The notes: a model not told the origin generated them from the letters alone. Shown: positions 50,601 through 61,054, counted from the stretch's first letter. The stretch: DNA of 64,000 nt from Candidatus Latescibacterota bacterium (GCA_965248435.1 OZ252100.1:3296001-3360000); one strand, 5' to 3'. Numbers and translations are program-made.

Positions 50601-53600
50601 TCTCAGTCGCGTCGACCGCGCAGGGTGTGGGTGGTGTAGACCGGATCACGACGTCGGGCACGACCTTCCGCAACATCGTGATCGGCGGTGCCTTTGGCGA
50701 CTTCATTACCGTCGGCAACGGCGAGAACACGGTGCTGGGCGACGAAGGCCGGGCGGTGTTCCTGAACAACATCCTGTCCATCGTCGAAAGCATCGTGACG
50801 CTGGACGGCAACAACGTTCCGATTCAGAACGGTGGAGTGGACGAAATCACTGGCGGCGAGGGTGCCGACAACATCATCGGCGGCCAAGCCGCTGACACGA
50901 TTCTGGCCGGCAACGGCCGAAACATAGTGATGGGCGACAGCGGGTCGTTCACCTACGAGGTGGACGGCGACTTGGCGATCGCCGAGACGGTCCACTCGGC
51001 GGACGGCGGGGTGGACACGATCACCTCTGGCACAGGCAGTGATGTGCTGCTGGGTGGCGCGGTCGGCGATATGCTGGAGGCTGGCGAGGGCGACAACGTC
51101 GTGCTGGGCGACAGCGGCCGGATCACGTTCCTGGACGGGATCGTGGACGACGTGGTGAGCGTGGATGAGGGGATCGGCGGGCAGGACGACATCGACACAA
51201 CAGGCACGGGCCGGGACGTGATCGTGGGAGGTGCGGATGATGATACGATCCACACGGGCGACGGTCAGAAGGTGATCCTGGGCGACAGCGGCTCGATCGA
51301 TCTGGATCCTTTCGTGATGAACGGCGAGCAGGATCTGATATCGATCCGGACGACCGCTCCGGGTGTCGGCGGTGTCGATACGATTACCTCCGGCGCCGGA
51401 ACGAACACGATCCTGGGCGGCCCTGACGGCGACATCATCAACGCCGGCAGCCTCGGTGACAACGTGGTTCTTGGCGACAACGGCGAGGCGTTCTGGGTGA
51501 ACGGCATCCTGGATCTGATCCGCAGTACCGATGAAGGGGACGGCGGCATCGATGTGATCATAGCGGGCTCGGGCGCCGACAAGATCATCGGCGGCCAGGA
51601 CGCCGACCAGATTGTCGCAGGCGCTGGCGACAACTTCGTGATCGGGGACAGCGGCGAACTCGACTTCGATGCAGCTGGAATCCTCGCTACAGCCAGGACG
51701 ACGGCACCTGGGATTGGCGGTGTGGATGATATCACGACCGGCCCCGACGACGACGTCCTGTTCGGCGGAGCGTCGGGTGACACGATCGGCGCCGGCGACG
51801 GCCACAACGTGGTGTTCGGTGACGAGGGTATCGCGACGTTCACGGGCGGCATCCTTTTGAGGATCGAGAGTGTCGTCACCCTGGACGCCGGCGGTGTGAC
51901 TCAGACCGGCGGCATAGACACGATTACGACAGGCGCGGGACGGGACGACGTGGTGGGCGGTCAGGCCGGCGACGTGATCACCGTATCGGATGGTGAGAAC
52001 GTGGTGCTGGGAGACAGCGGTGTGCTGGACTATGTAGGCGGCGTGCTCGTTTTTGCGGACACGACAGAGCCAGGGGACGGCGGCGTGGACGTTATCACGT
52101 CGGGCGTGGATCGCGACGTCGTGTTCGGTGGGACGGCAGGCGACACGATCAACGCGAATGCCGGAGACAACGTCCTCGTGGGCGATGACGGCGAAGTCAC
52201 ATTCACGGCTGCCGGCGCATTGGATCTGATCGAAAGCACGGAGTTCTCCGACGGCGACGTTGATACGATTACCTCCCTGGGCGGGGCCGACCACATCATC
52301 GGCGGGCATGAGGGCGACATCATCGATGCGGGAGACGGATGGAACGTCGTCGCAGGTGACAGTGCCAGAGTAGATTACGAAGCCGGCACGCTGGTGAGGA
52401 TCGAGACGCTTGCCTCGCTGATCGGCGGCGTGGATACGATCATGACCGGGCTCGGCTCCGACGTCGTTTTGGGTGGAATCGGTGGCGATTTGATCACGGT
52501 CAACGTCGGCGAGACAGCCGCCCAGCCGGACAGTTCCAATGTGGTGGTGGGCGACAGCGGTTCCATCGACTATACGTCGGATGATGCAGATGCTTCCGAT
52601 ATTGACGAAATCCTCTCGACCGAAACGGGCGACGGTGGCTCAGATACGATCACGACAGGCGCGGGCAGCGACATCGTGATCGGCGGGGCAGCGGGCGATG
52701 TGATTGTGGCGGGTGCCGGCGACAATGTCGTGTTCGGCGACAGTGCCCGGATTCTTGCGGCGACGCAGGACCTCTCCACGACACTTCCGATCACTGCTGG
52801 ACTCCTCGAGACGATCACGCCGGGTGTGGGCGGGATCGATCAGATCACGACGCTGGGCGGCCGGGACATCGTCCTCGGCGGTCACGAGGGCGACACGATC
52901 AACGCGGGCGAGGGCGACAACATCGTGCTCGGTGACGACGGACGAATCGACACCGTCCGCGGCGAGCGCAGCCCACTGGACGACGGCGCGGATACGGATG
53001 CGTCGGACATCGACCTGATCGAGAGCACATCGACGACGGCTGCGGGCGGGATTGATATCATCACCACCGGCGCTGGAAACGACCTGATGATCGGCGGGCG
53101 GTTCGGCGATACGATCACTGCGGGCGCAGGAGACAATCTGGTCGTCGGCGACAGTGCCCGGATGACTTCCGCATCTGCGGACGCGCCTCAGCTCCTCGGC
53201 CTTTCGATCACGTTTGGACTCGTAGAGACGATCGCGTTCGGCGACGGAGGCGTGGACATCATCACGACCTTGTTCGGACGTGACATCCTCTTTGGCGGTC
53301 ACGAGGGCGATGTGATCAACGCCGGTGAAGGCGCGAATATCGTCGTCGGCGATGACGGCTTGATCGACTATGTGCGTGGGGAACGTTCGGCCGTCGGTAC
53401 GCCTGGAGCAGATCTGGACGCGTCGGACATCGACCTGATCCAGAGCACATCCACGATAGCTGCGGGCGGTGTGGACGTTATCGACACGGGCGTAAACGAC
53501 GATATCGTGTTCGGCGGGCGGTTCGGAGACACGCTCCGCGCAGGCGAAGGCAGGAACCTCGTCTTTGGCGACAGCGGCCAGATCACGGCCGCGAACCTCG

Positions 53601-56600
53601 GCACACCTCAATACGCGGGCCATGCCCTGACCTTCGGGCTTCTCGAGACGATCGAGCCGTCTGATGGTGGCGTGGATGCGATCACGAGCGGCTCGGGCAC
53701 AGACATCGCCCTGGGCGGCCACGACGGCGATACGATCAACGCGGGTGAAGGTGACAACCTGGTGGTCGGAGACGACGGTTTTGTGGACTTCACACGGGCG
53801 GATCGCGGACTGGGCGGCGATGCCGATGCGGCAGACATCGACTTGATCGAGAGCACGTCAACGACCTTCAACGGTGGTGTCGACGTCATCAATACAGGAG
53901 CAGGGAACGATCTCGTGATCGGCGGCCGGTTGGGCGACACGATCACGTCGGGTGCGGGGGACAACGTGGTGATCGGCGACAGCGGGCGGATCGTGTCGGC
54001 CGTGGCAGATCTGCCGCGATTGACGGATCACCTGTTCACGCTGGGGTTGGTCGAGACGATCGCGTTCGACGACGGCGGCATCGACTTGATTACTGTCCTC
54101 GGTGGCATGGATGTGGTGCTGGGTGGTGACGAGGGCGACACGATCGACGCCGGTGAAGGCGCTAACGTGGTGCTGGGTGACGACGGTTCGGTCGATTACG
54201 ACCTGGACGGCAACCCGGCCGACATCGACGAGATCACGAGTCTTTCGACGACGCTGGGCGGCGGTGCGGATGTCATCGATACAGGTTCTGGCAGCGATGT
54301 GGTGATCGGTGGGCGATTCGCCGATGACATCGAGGCACGTGCCGGCGACAATGTGGTGATCGGTGACAGTGGCCGGATCGTGTCGGCTGTTGCTGACGCC
54401 CCTCAGTTGGTTGGTCTACCGATGACGCTGGGTCTGATCGAGACGATCGCGTTCGGTGACGGAGGCGTGGACATCATCTCGACGCTGACGGGTCGCGACA
54501 TCGTGTTGGGCGGTGACGAGGGCGACACGATCGACGCGGGTGAGGGTGATAACGTGGTGCTGGGCGACGACGGTTTGGTCGACTACGATCTGGACGGCAA
54601 TCCGGCCGACATCGACGAGATCACGAGCCTTTCGACGACGCTGGGTGGCGGTGCGGATTTCATCGATACGGGTTCCGGCAGCGATGTGGTGATCGGCGGC
54701 CGATTCGCCGATAACATCGAGGCACGTGCCGGCGACAATGTGGTGATCGGTGACAGCGGTCGGATCGTGTCGGCTGTGTCGGATGCCCTTCAGCAGCTTT
54801 CCGGTCTTTCGATGACGCTGGGTCTGATCGAGACGATCGCGTTCGGTGACGGAGGCGTGGACATCATCACGACCTTGTTCGGACGTGACATCGTCTTTGG
54901 CGGTCACGAGGGCGATGTGATCAACGCCGGTGACGGCGCGAATATCGTCGTCGGCGATGACGGCTTGATCGACTATGTGCGTGGGGAACGCTCGGCCGTC
55001 GGTACGCCTGGAGCAGATCTGGACGCGTCGGACATCGACCTGATCCAGAGCACATCCACGATAGCTGCGGGCGGTGTGGACGTCATCGACACCGGCGTTG
55101 ACGACGACATCGTGCTCGGCGGGCGGTTCGGAGATACGCTTCGCGTGGGCGAGGGTAGGAATCTTGTGTTTGGCGACAGCGGCCAGATCACGGCTGCGAA
55201 CGCTGGCGCGCCTCAATACGCGGGTCACGTCGTGACCTTCGGGCTTCTCGAGACGATCGAGCCGTCGGATGGCGGTGCGGATATGATCACGAGCGGGTCG
55301 GGCACGGACATCGCACTGGGCGGCCAGGACGGGGATACGATCGACGCGGGCGAAGGTGATAACCTGGTGGTCGGGGACGACGGTTTTGTGGACTTCACGC
55401 GTGCGGATCGTAGTCTGGGCGGCGACGCCGATGCGTCGGACATCGACCTGATCGAGAGCACGTCCACGACGTTGAACGGCGGCGTCGACATCATCGATAC
55501 CGGAGCGGGGAACGACCTGGTGATCGGCGGCCGATTGGGCGACACGATCAGGTCCGGTGCTGGCGACAACGTGGTGATCGGCGACAGCGGCCGGATCGTG
55601 TCGGCGGTGGCGGATCTGCCGCGATTGACGGATCACCTGTTTACGCTGGGTCTGGTCGAGACGACCGCGTTTGACGACGGCGGGATCGACACCATTACCA
55701 CGCTGGGCGGCAGGGATGTGGTGCTGGGCGGTGACGAGGGAGACACGATCGACGCGGGTGAGGGCGCCAACGTGGTGCTGGGTGACGACGGATCGGTGAA
55801 TTACGATCTGGACGGCAACCCGGCCGACATCGACGAGATCACGAGTCTTTCGACGACGCTGGGCGGCGGTGCGGATGTCATCGACACGGGTTCCGGCAGC
55901 GACGTGGTGATCGGCGGGCGGTTCGCCGATGACATCGAGGCGCGTGCCGGCGACAATCTGGTGATCGGCGACAGCGGTCGGATCGTGTCGGCCGTCTCAG
56001 ACGCCCTTCAGCAGCTTTCCGGCCTTCCGATGACGCTGGGTCTGATCGAGACGATCGCGTTTGGTGACGGGGGCGTGGACATCATCACGACCTTGACCGG
56101 CCGGGACATCGTCTTCGGCGGTCACGAGGGAGATGCGGTCGACGCCGGGGACGGCGCGAATATCGTCGTGGGTGATGACGGTCTGATCGACTACGTGCGC
56201 GGGGAACGTGCGGCCGCTGGCACACCTGGAGCAGATCTGGATGCATCAGATATCGACCTGATCCAGAGCACGTCCACGACTGCGGCGGGCGGTGTGGACG
56301 TCATCGACACCGGCGCCGGGAACGACATCGTGTTCGGCGGGCGGTTCGGAGACACGCTCCGCGCGGGCGAGGGTAGGAATCTTGTGTTTGGCGACAGTGG
56401 CCAGATCACGGCCGCGAACACTGGCGCGCCTCAATACGCGGGTCACGTCCTGACCTTCGGGCTTCTCGAGACGGTCGAGGCGTCTGACGGTGGCGCGGAT
56501 ACGATCACGAGCGGTTCGGGCACGGACATCGCGCTAGGCGGCCACGACGGCGATACGATCAACGCGGGTGAAGGTGACAACCTGGTGGTCGGGGACGACG

Positions 56601-59600
56601 GTTTCGTGGACTTCACGCGGGCGGATCGCGGGCTGGGCGGCGACGCAGATGCGACGGACATCGATCTGATCGAGAGCACGTCCACGACCGCCAACGGGGG
56701 TGTCGACTTCATCGACACCGGAGCGGGGAACGACCTGGTGATCGGCGGGCGGTTCGGTGATGACATCGAGGCACGTGCGGGCGACAACGTGGTGATCGGT
56801 GACAGCGGCCGGATCGTGTCGGCTGTGGCGGATCTGCCGCGATTGACGGATCACCTGTTCACGTTAGGGTTGGTCGAGACGATCGCGTTCGACGACAGCG
56901 GGGCGGATACGATTACTACAGGGTCCGGTCACAGTATTGTGATGGGTGGTGTGGGCGTTGACTCTCTGAGTTCCGGAAACGGCAGCCACAATATCATTTT
57001 CGGAGACAACGGGTTCGTGGACTTCGCGCAGGATGGCGATCTCTCGACGGTCGACGTGGCCTACACGATCGATCACAGTTCGGGTGACGCGGACATCATC
57101 ATCTCGGGCGACGGGAACGACATCATCTTCGGCGGTGCATTCGGTGACACGATCTGGGCCGGCGCCGGAAACGACCTCGTCCTTGGCGACTTCGGTCGGC
57201 TCGATTCGGCGGCAGGATCGATCGATGCTTCGCAGCTGCCTCTGTCGATGCCGGTCGGGACGCATCCATTCACCTTTACCTCCACCGACACGCAGAATGC
57301 CGCGGCGGGCGATGATCTGATCTTCGGCGAAGAAGGCGAAGACATCCTGCTCGGCCAGCAGGGGTCCGACACGATTTATGGAGGTGCCGATGATGACGAT
57401 ATCATCGGCGGCCACAATGTGTCTCTCGGTCATGACGGTGCCGACCGCCTGGACGGCGGCTCGGGCGACGACGTGATTGCGGGCGACAACGCGAGCATCC
57501 TGCGCAGGGGGGATTCGCTGGACCCGCGGATCCGCGTCCTGTCCGGGACCGAGATCTACGGCGAGACGCTGCCTGATGACGCCCGTGCCCTCGTCACCCC
57601 GGATTCTCAGGTGAACCCGAGGGGCACTGCGTCCAGACAGATCGAGATTCTGGATCACGCCGACGACACGGATCCGAGTCTGTTCGGCGGTGACTACATC
57701 GCCGGCGGGGCGGATGACGACCTTATCTTCGGCCAGCTCGGTGACGACATCGTTCAGGGCGACGGCTCGATCGACCTGAACGGCAACGGCCTGGTCGACC
57801 TGGACGGCTCGGACGCCGGGGTCGTGGATGTGAATGCGGCGAGGCTGGGAGACGGCACGCTGGCCGTCAGGCCTTCAGTAGAATCGGCGAGCGACGGCGA
57901 CGACTACATCGAGGGCGGCGGGGGTGACGACACCGTCTTCGGGAACCTCGGCCAGGACGACATTATCGGAGGCAGCTCGACCCTGTTTGGGCTGGATACG
58001 CCCGCGGAGCGCCCCGACGGCTCGGACCTGATCTTCGGGGGCGCGGCGACGGACATCGGTCGGAACGACACGGGCGACACATCGAGTCAAGGACACGCCA
58101 GGGATTCCGACGCGATCGCGGGCGATAACGCGAACCTCCTACTCCTTGTGGGGACCGGAACCATCCATTCTGGGGCTTTCCTTGAGTTCAATTACGACCA
58201 GACCTCGGCTTTCGAGGATCGCGGGACATTGCGGATCGTCCCGCGGGCGATCCAGTACGTGGACTATACGCCCGGCGGCGCTGACTTTGATGCGGCGTCG
58301 GCGGCCGGTGACATCGGCGCAGCGGACGAGGTGCACGGTGAGTCTGGTGACGACTTCATCTACGGGTTCGTCGGAAACGACATCCTGTTCGGCGACGGGC
58401 AGGACGACGACATCGTCGGCGGCTACGGGCACGACTGGATCTCCGGAGGTACGGGGCAGGACGGCGTTCTGGGCGACGACGGCCGGATCTACACGCAGCG
58501 CAACAGCTCGTCCGAGGGCGAGCCGCTTTACGGTCTGGGTCCGGTGCAGGTGAATTCGAGCATCGACACGCCGGGCAACTGGCAGCAGGCCGACATCTAC
58601 CCGTCCGGCGAACTGCTGAAGTCGGTCAACCTGGCGCCGTTCTCCCTGGGCGCGGATCCACAGCAAGCCGACGACATCATCTTCGGCGGCTGGGGCAGCG
58701 ACTTTCTACACGCCGGGGACGGCGACGACGCCGTGTCGGGCGCGGAGGCCCTGGAAGAGTTCTTCGATGCTCCGGAGAACGCCGGAAACGTTCTGCGCTA
58801 CGGCGAAGACCGGGCGGGCGAGTTCGCCGCTTACGACGAGTTCAACCCGCGGCACTTGATCCAGGTGGACGAGACCGGCGCCTTTATCGAGGTCGGCAGC
58901 GGCGACACCGGTTCGAACTTCATCCTGAACTTTGATGCCCAAGAGGCGCCAACGGGATCCACGGGCATCGCCGACGACGGCGCCGACTTCATCTTTGGCG
59001 ACCTGGGCAACGACTGGCTGGTCGGCGGGTCGGGCAAAGATCGGATCTTCGGAGGCATGGGCGACGACCTGATGAACGTCGATGACGACCACGGAACCAA
59101 CGGCGGCCTGAACGATGCGCCGGATACGGATCCGAGCTACGAAGATATCGCCTACGGCGGCGGCGGCCGGGACGTGCTGATCGGCAACACCGGGGGCGAC
59201 AGGCTGATCGATTGGGCTGGCGAGTTCAACAGCTACATCGTGCCCTTCGCGCCGTTCGGGTTGGGCACGGTAAGCCGGGCTCCAGCGCCGCACATCCAGC
59301 AATATCTGTACGACCTGTCAGAGGCGTCCGGCGCCGATCAGACCCGCGCGGCGGATACTGGAAGTGCGGAGTCCAGAAACGGCGAGCCGGAAGGCGAGAT
59401 CGGCCTCGTGAACCAGCAGGACTTCGCGTGGCGCGATCAGACCGGAGCGCCCGACGATCCGCAGCCGGGTAACATCCCGGGCGGGCCCAGGGACGTGCTT
59501 CGTAGCGCCGATTTCAACTCCGGCCAGGCCGAGGGGTTCGCGCCCGACAGCGGCACGTGGTCGATCGAGAGCGGAAGACTGCGCGTGGATCCCGAGAGTC

Positions 59601-61054
59601 AAAGCTCAGACGCGGTCAGCGTGTTCAATCTGGTCGAGGTGGATTCGCTGCCCAGCTACTTCGAGATTCAGGCAACGATCAACGCCGTAAAGCCGACTGG
59701 CGGGTGGAAGGCCAACGCCTACGTCATCTTCGACTATTACAGCCCGACCGACTTCAAATTCGCGGGCGTCAACATCTCGAACGACAAGATCGAGATGGGC
59801 AACGTGGACGCGTCAGGCTGGCACGTCGAAGAAACCGACAACGCCCAGCTGAAGCCCGATAAGGACTACAACGTCCTGCTGTCGGTGCTGGGCACAACGG
59901 TGACGCTGGTGATCGACAACTCCGAGGTGTTTTCACACGTGTTCGCACCCCGGGTGATCGACGGATTCAGCTACAGTATAAACGCCGGAATGATCGGGAT
60001 CGGCGCCCACGAAGCGCGGGCACGGATCGACAACGTGGCGGCCCAGGTCCTGCCGCCTGAGATCACGCTGGAGACGACGGACGAGTTCTCGGGTGGCTCG
60101 ACCGACTTCCTGGGTGGAGACGCTACGGGCTCGTGGCAGATCAACGGCCAACGCTTCGAAGGGACGCCTGCCTCCGGTGACGATATTGCGATCAGCTTGG
60201 TCGACCTTCCGGAGCTCGAAGATGGCGGGTTGGAGACGGCCTCGATGCTGGAGATGGAGGCGACGGTCAGCACGCAGGGCGCCGGCGGCTTCGTCTTTGA
60301 CTACTACAGCCCGACCGACTTCAAATTCGTCGCAATCACCGACGGAGCAGTGCAGATTGGCCATCACACGAACCGCGGCGGACTGAAGATCGACGCCACT
60401 GCCGATTGGGACATCAATCCGGGCGATGACTACGATCTCTTCCTGGAGATGAAGGGCACGCAAGTCAGCGTGTCAGTGGACGGGCAGGTGGTGACGGGCT
60501 TCGTCTTCAACGCTCTGTCAGTGGACGGCCGATTCGGCGTGATCTCCATCGGTGGCGAGTCGTCCTATGACGAGGTGACCGTCCGGACGGACGACCCGGC
60601 CTTCGAGGCCTTCGAGCCACCTGCATCAAAACCGGTCGTTGTTCCTGCCCACCTGGTGACGTCTTACCTGCAGCTGGATCCTTCAGTGCCGTTCGCACGG
60701 GTCGTGAGCGACGGGCACACGAACGGATTCAGCGGAGTCCGGATCGACGGGTTCCTGTTCGAGCCGGAAGGGGAAGACCGGACCGACGGCAAAAGGGTGA
60801 TCGGCAGCCTGTTCCAGAGCCGTCCCGATCTGTTCTCGCCGGCCCTGCAGGACATCTTTGCCGGGGACGAAACCGAAGAGGATTCAGTCGACCCGGTCGA
60901 CTTGGAGGCTGTTCTGGCGGGACAGGACGGCTGGACGAATGTACCTGGAGAGGCTGACGAAGGTCGTGTGGAGCGCGCCGGATTTGAAGCGCTTCTGGAG
61001 CGGGGCGCGCAGAGTCGTTTCCTGCGCTGGGACGAACTTTCGGCGGAGGAATAG
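47648..61054 (+). CDS. Giant RTX-like repeat protein, fragment 3 (C-terminal; frame open from 47543)
   Basis: Dozens of GG.D.I..G.G.D.V.GG..GD.I.AG.G.N.V.GD.G units, RTX-like repeats, two lectin-like C-terminal domains. Confidence 0.85.
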   Translation: MGAGYIDYIEFEHFNMTMGSGSETLTIESTHAGATNIDAADGGDTFNVETISGHTTLELGTGADEVNVSNDAGTVDSIGALLTVSGDAGGDTINILDGGEAGDNLGTLTESTLIGLDMTAEADVNHVQTITVDPLGGDFTVQMIDQTTGQAFVQLEDVDDELVPVLDANGNPIDSVTLAADATEEEIRIALQEFLGGFLTVVFNGVPLSAFTENVNVRRFGDVIVVRLEGAFRGAEGQNVRFVSADTHVQIATRNEGINYYGIETLNLDLGSGDDRLNIQGTSAVTNVDAGAGDDLIYVSSGANLGLLGTYAAADGSLENLHDAVLHGDRLDPVSGDLFQAGGTLDFVSGDLNIDAGAGENTLSLSDRHDPDADTAVTVTDSSITGLADGDITYGATTGSFSGQGTWAQSGDWGLFGIGISVYAGSGNNTIDITSVSDSGIVNAPFSRTVTQVFAGGGSDTVNVAVTESLGRYLVVQGEAGNDTIDASLSTVPVVLFGNEGGDTLTGGPMSDLLFGDSGRITFIRPTSAGPGLDVVLGAPADASDLAGLSFDDDSSTADLFVSVLGDSDNVDRIIAAGGNDVVVGGGNDGADINDLLDVEEIDAGEGDNTVLGDSGLIHLVNALLTEIRSFDAADGGRDDITAGSGFDVVIGGAGADKLTAGEGSNIIVGDSGRAVLTANQLELVESIEPAVGGSDTITTGTGSDYIIGGADGDVITTNDGLKVIVGDGGRVVLDGTDIALVETISPGVGGVDTITTMGTTARNIAIGGALGDLITLSNGDNTVVGDDGRAVFQGGILTLVESIVTVDANGLVQTGGVDTITGGAGPDNIIGGQAGDIIQAGNGRNIVMGDSGRFLYELDGDLSLAETDFSSDGGIDDIDSGSGNDVLLGGAAGDLLDAAGGDNVVLGDSGRITFLDGIVDDVASVDEGVGGVDYIDTSGTGRDVIVGGAAGDFINTGDGQKVVLGDSGVIDLVPTVVNGEQAIVSVASTAQGVGGVDRITTSGTTFRNIVIGGAFGDFITVGNGENTVLGDEGRAVFLNNILSIVESIVTLDGNNVPIQNGGVDEITGGEGADNIIGGQAADTILAGNGRNIVMGDSGSFTYEVDGDLAIAETVHSADGGVDTITSGTGSDVLLGGAVGDMLEAGEGDNVVLGDSGRITFLDGIVDDVVSVDEGIGGQDDIDTTGTGRDVIVGGADDDTIHTGDGQKVILGDSGSIDLDPFVMNGEQDLISIRTTAPGVGGVDTITSGAGTNTILGGPDGDIINAGSLGDNVVLGDNGEAFWVNGILDLIRSTDEGDGGIDVIIAGSGADKIIGGQDADQIVAGAGDNFVIGDSGELDFDAAGILATARTTAPGIGGVDDITTGPDDDVLFGGASGDTIGAGDGHNVVFGDEGIATFTGGILLRIESVVTLDAGGVTQTGGIDTITTGAGRDDVVGGQAGDVITVSDGENVVLGDSGVLDYVGGVLVFADTTEPGDGGVDVITSGVDRDVVFGGTAGDTINANAGDNVLVGDDGEVTFTAAGALDLIESTEFSDGDVDTITSLGGADHIIGGHEGDIIDAGDGWNVVAGDSARVDYEAGTLVRIETLASLIGGVDTIMTGLGSDVVLGGIGGDLITVNVGETAAQPDSSNVVVGDSGSIDYTSDDADASDIDEILSTETGDGGSDTITTGAGSDIVIGGAAGDVIVAGAGDNVVFGDSARILAATQDLSTTLPITAGLLETITPGVGGIDQITTLGGRDIVLGGHEGDTINAGEGDNIVLGDDGRIDTVRGERSPLDDGADTDASDIDLIESTSTTAAGGIDIITTGAGNDLMIGGRFGDTITAGAGDNLVVGDSARMTSASADAPQLLGLSITFGLVETIAFGDGGVDIITTLFGRDILFGGHEGDVINAGEGANIVVGDDGLIDYVRGERSAVGTPGADLDASDIDLIQSTSTIAAGGVDVIDTGVNDDIVFGGRFGDTLRAGEGRNLVFGDSGQITAANLGTPQYAGHALTFGLLETIEPSDGGVDAITSGSGTDIALGGHDGDTINAGEGDNLVVGDDGFVDFTRADRGLGGDADAADIDLIESTSTTFNGGVDVINTGAGNDLVIGGRLGDTITSGAGDNVVIGDSGRIVSAVADLPRLTDHLFTLGLVETIAFDDGGIDLITVLGGMDVVLGGDEGDTIDAGEGANVVLGDDGSVDYDLDGNPADIDEITSLSTTLGGGADVIDTGSGSDVVIGGRFADDIEARAGDNVVIGDSGRIVSAVADAPQLVGLPMTLGLIETIAFGDGGVDIISTLTGRDIVLGGDEGDTIDAGEGDNVVLGDDGLVDYDLDGNPADIDEITSLSTTLGGGADFIDTGSGSDVVIGGRFADNIEARAGDNVVIGDSGRIVSAVSDALQQLSGLSMTLGLIETIAFGDGGVDIITTLFGRDIVFGGHEGDVINAGDGANIVVGDDGLIDYVRGERSAVGTPGADLDASDIDLIQSTSTIAAGGVDVIDTGVDDDIVLGGRFGDTLRVGEGRNLVFGDSGQITAANAGAPQYAGHVVTFGLLETIEPSDGGADMITSGSGTDIALGGQDGDTIDAGEGDNLVVGDDGFVDFTRADRSLGGDADASDIDLIESTSTTLNGGVDIIDTGAGNDLVIGGRLGDTIRSGAGDNVVIGDSGRIVSAVADLPRLTDHLFTLGLVETTAFDDGGIDTITTLGGRDVVLGGDEGDTIDAGEGANVVLGDDGSVNYDLDGNPADIDEITSLSTTLGGGADVIDTGSGSDVVIGGRFADDIEARAGDNLVIGDSGRIVSAVSDALQQLSGLPMTLGLIETIAFGDGGVDIITTLTGRDIVFGGHEGDAVDAGDGANIVVGDDGLIDYVRGERAAAGTPGADLDASDIDLIQSTSTTAAGGVDVIDTGAGNDIVFGGRFGDTLRAGEGRNLVFGDSGQITAANTGAPQYAGHVLTFGLLETVEASDGGADTITSGSGTDIALGGHDGDTINAGEGDNLVVGDDGFVDFTRADRGLGGDADATDIDLIESTSTTANGGVDFIDTGAGNDLVIGGRFGDDIEARAGDNVVIGDSGRIVSAVADLPRLTDHLFTLGLVETIAFDDSGADTITTGSGHSIVMGGVGVDSLSSGNGSHNIIFGDNGFVDFAQDGDLSTVDVAYTIDHSSGDADIIISGDGNDIIFGGAFGDTIWAGAGNDLVLGDFGRLDSAAGSIDASQLPLSMPVGTHPFTFTSTDTQNAAAGDDLIFGEEGEDILLGQQGSDTIYGGADDDDIIGGHNVSLGHDGADRLDGGSGDDVIAGDNASILRRGDSLDPRIRVLSGTEIYGETLPDDARALVTPDSQVNPRGTASRQIEILDHADDTDPSLFGGDYIAGGADDDLIFGQLGDDIVQGDGSIDLNGNGLVDLDGSDAGVVDVNAARLGDGTLAVRPSVESASDGDDYIEGGGGDDTVFGNLGQDDIIGGSSTLFGLDTPAERPDGSDLIFGGAATDIGRNDTGDTSSQGHARDSDAIAGDNANLLLLVGTGTIHSGAFLEFNYDQTSAFEDRGTLRIVPRAIQYVDYTPGGADFDAASAAGDIGAADEVHGESGDDFIYGFVGNDILFGDGQDDDIVGGYGHDWISGGTGQDGVLGDDGRIYTQRNSSSEGEPLYGLGPVQVNSSIDTPGNWQQADIYPSGELLKSVNLAPFSLGADPQQADDIIFGGWGSDFLHAGDGDDAVSGAEALEEFFDAPENAGNVLRYGEDRAGEFAAYDEFNPRHLIQVDETGAFIEVGSGDTGSNFILNFDAQEAPTGSTGIADDGADFIFGDLGNDWLVGGSGKDRIFGGMGDDLMNVDDDHGTNGGLNDAPDTDPSYEDIAYGGGGRDVLIGNTGGDRLIDWAGEFNSYIVPFAPFGLGTVSRAPAPHIQQYLYDLSEASGADQTRAADTGSAESRNGEPEGEIGLVNQQDFAWRDQTGAPDDPQPGNIPGGPRDVLRSADFNSGQAEGFAPDSGTWSIESGRLRVDPESQSSDAVSVFNLVEVDSLPSYFEIQATINAVKPTGGWKANAYVIFDYYSPTDFKFAGVNISNDKIEMGNVDASGWHVEETDNAQLKPDKDYNVLLSVLGTTVTLVIDNSEVFSHVFAPRVIDGFSYSINAGMIGIGAHEARARIDNVAAQVLPPEITLETTDEFSGGSTDFLGGDATGSWQINGQRFEGTPASGDDIAISLVDLPELEDGGLETASMLEMEATVSTQGAGGFVFDYYSPTDFKFVAITDGAVQIGHHTNRGGLKIDATADWDINPGDDYDLFLEMKGTQVSVSVDGQVVTGFVFNALSVDGRFGVISIGGESSYDEVTVRTDDPAFEAFEPPASKPVVVPAHLVTSYLQLDPSVPFARVVSDGHTNGFSGVRIDGFLFEPEGEDRTDGKRVIGSLFQSRPDLFSPALQDIFAGDETEEDSVDPVDLEAVLAGQDGWTNVPGEADEGRVERAGFEALLERGAQSRFLRWDELSAEE
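53200..56900 (+). repeat. Near-identical intragenic repeat modules (several hundred bp) in the giant gene
   Basis: Recurring blocks such as GERSAVGTPGADLDASDIDLIQSTST, DLPRLTDHLFTLGLVET and YDLDGNPADIDEITSLSTTLGGG, each in about three copies. Confidence 0.85.

Noticed and set aside
53200-56900. Regular repeats as a possible CRISPR array
   Set aside because: They are in-frame protein-coding repeats of hundreds of bp; no short repeat-spacer pattern and no cas genes.
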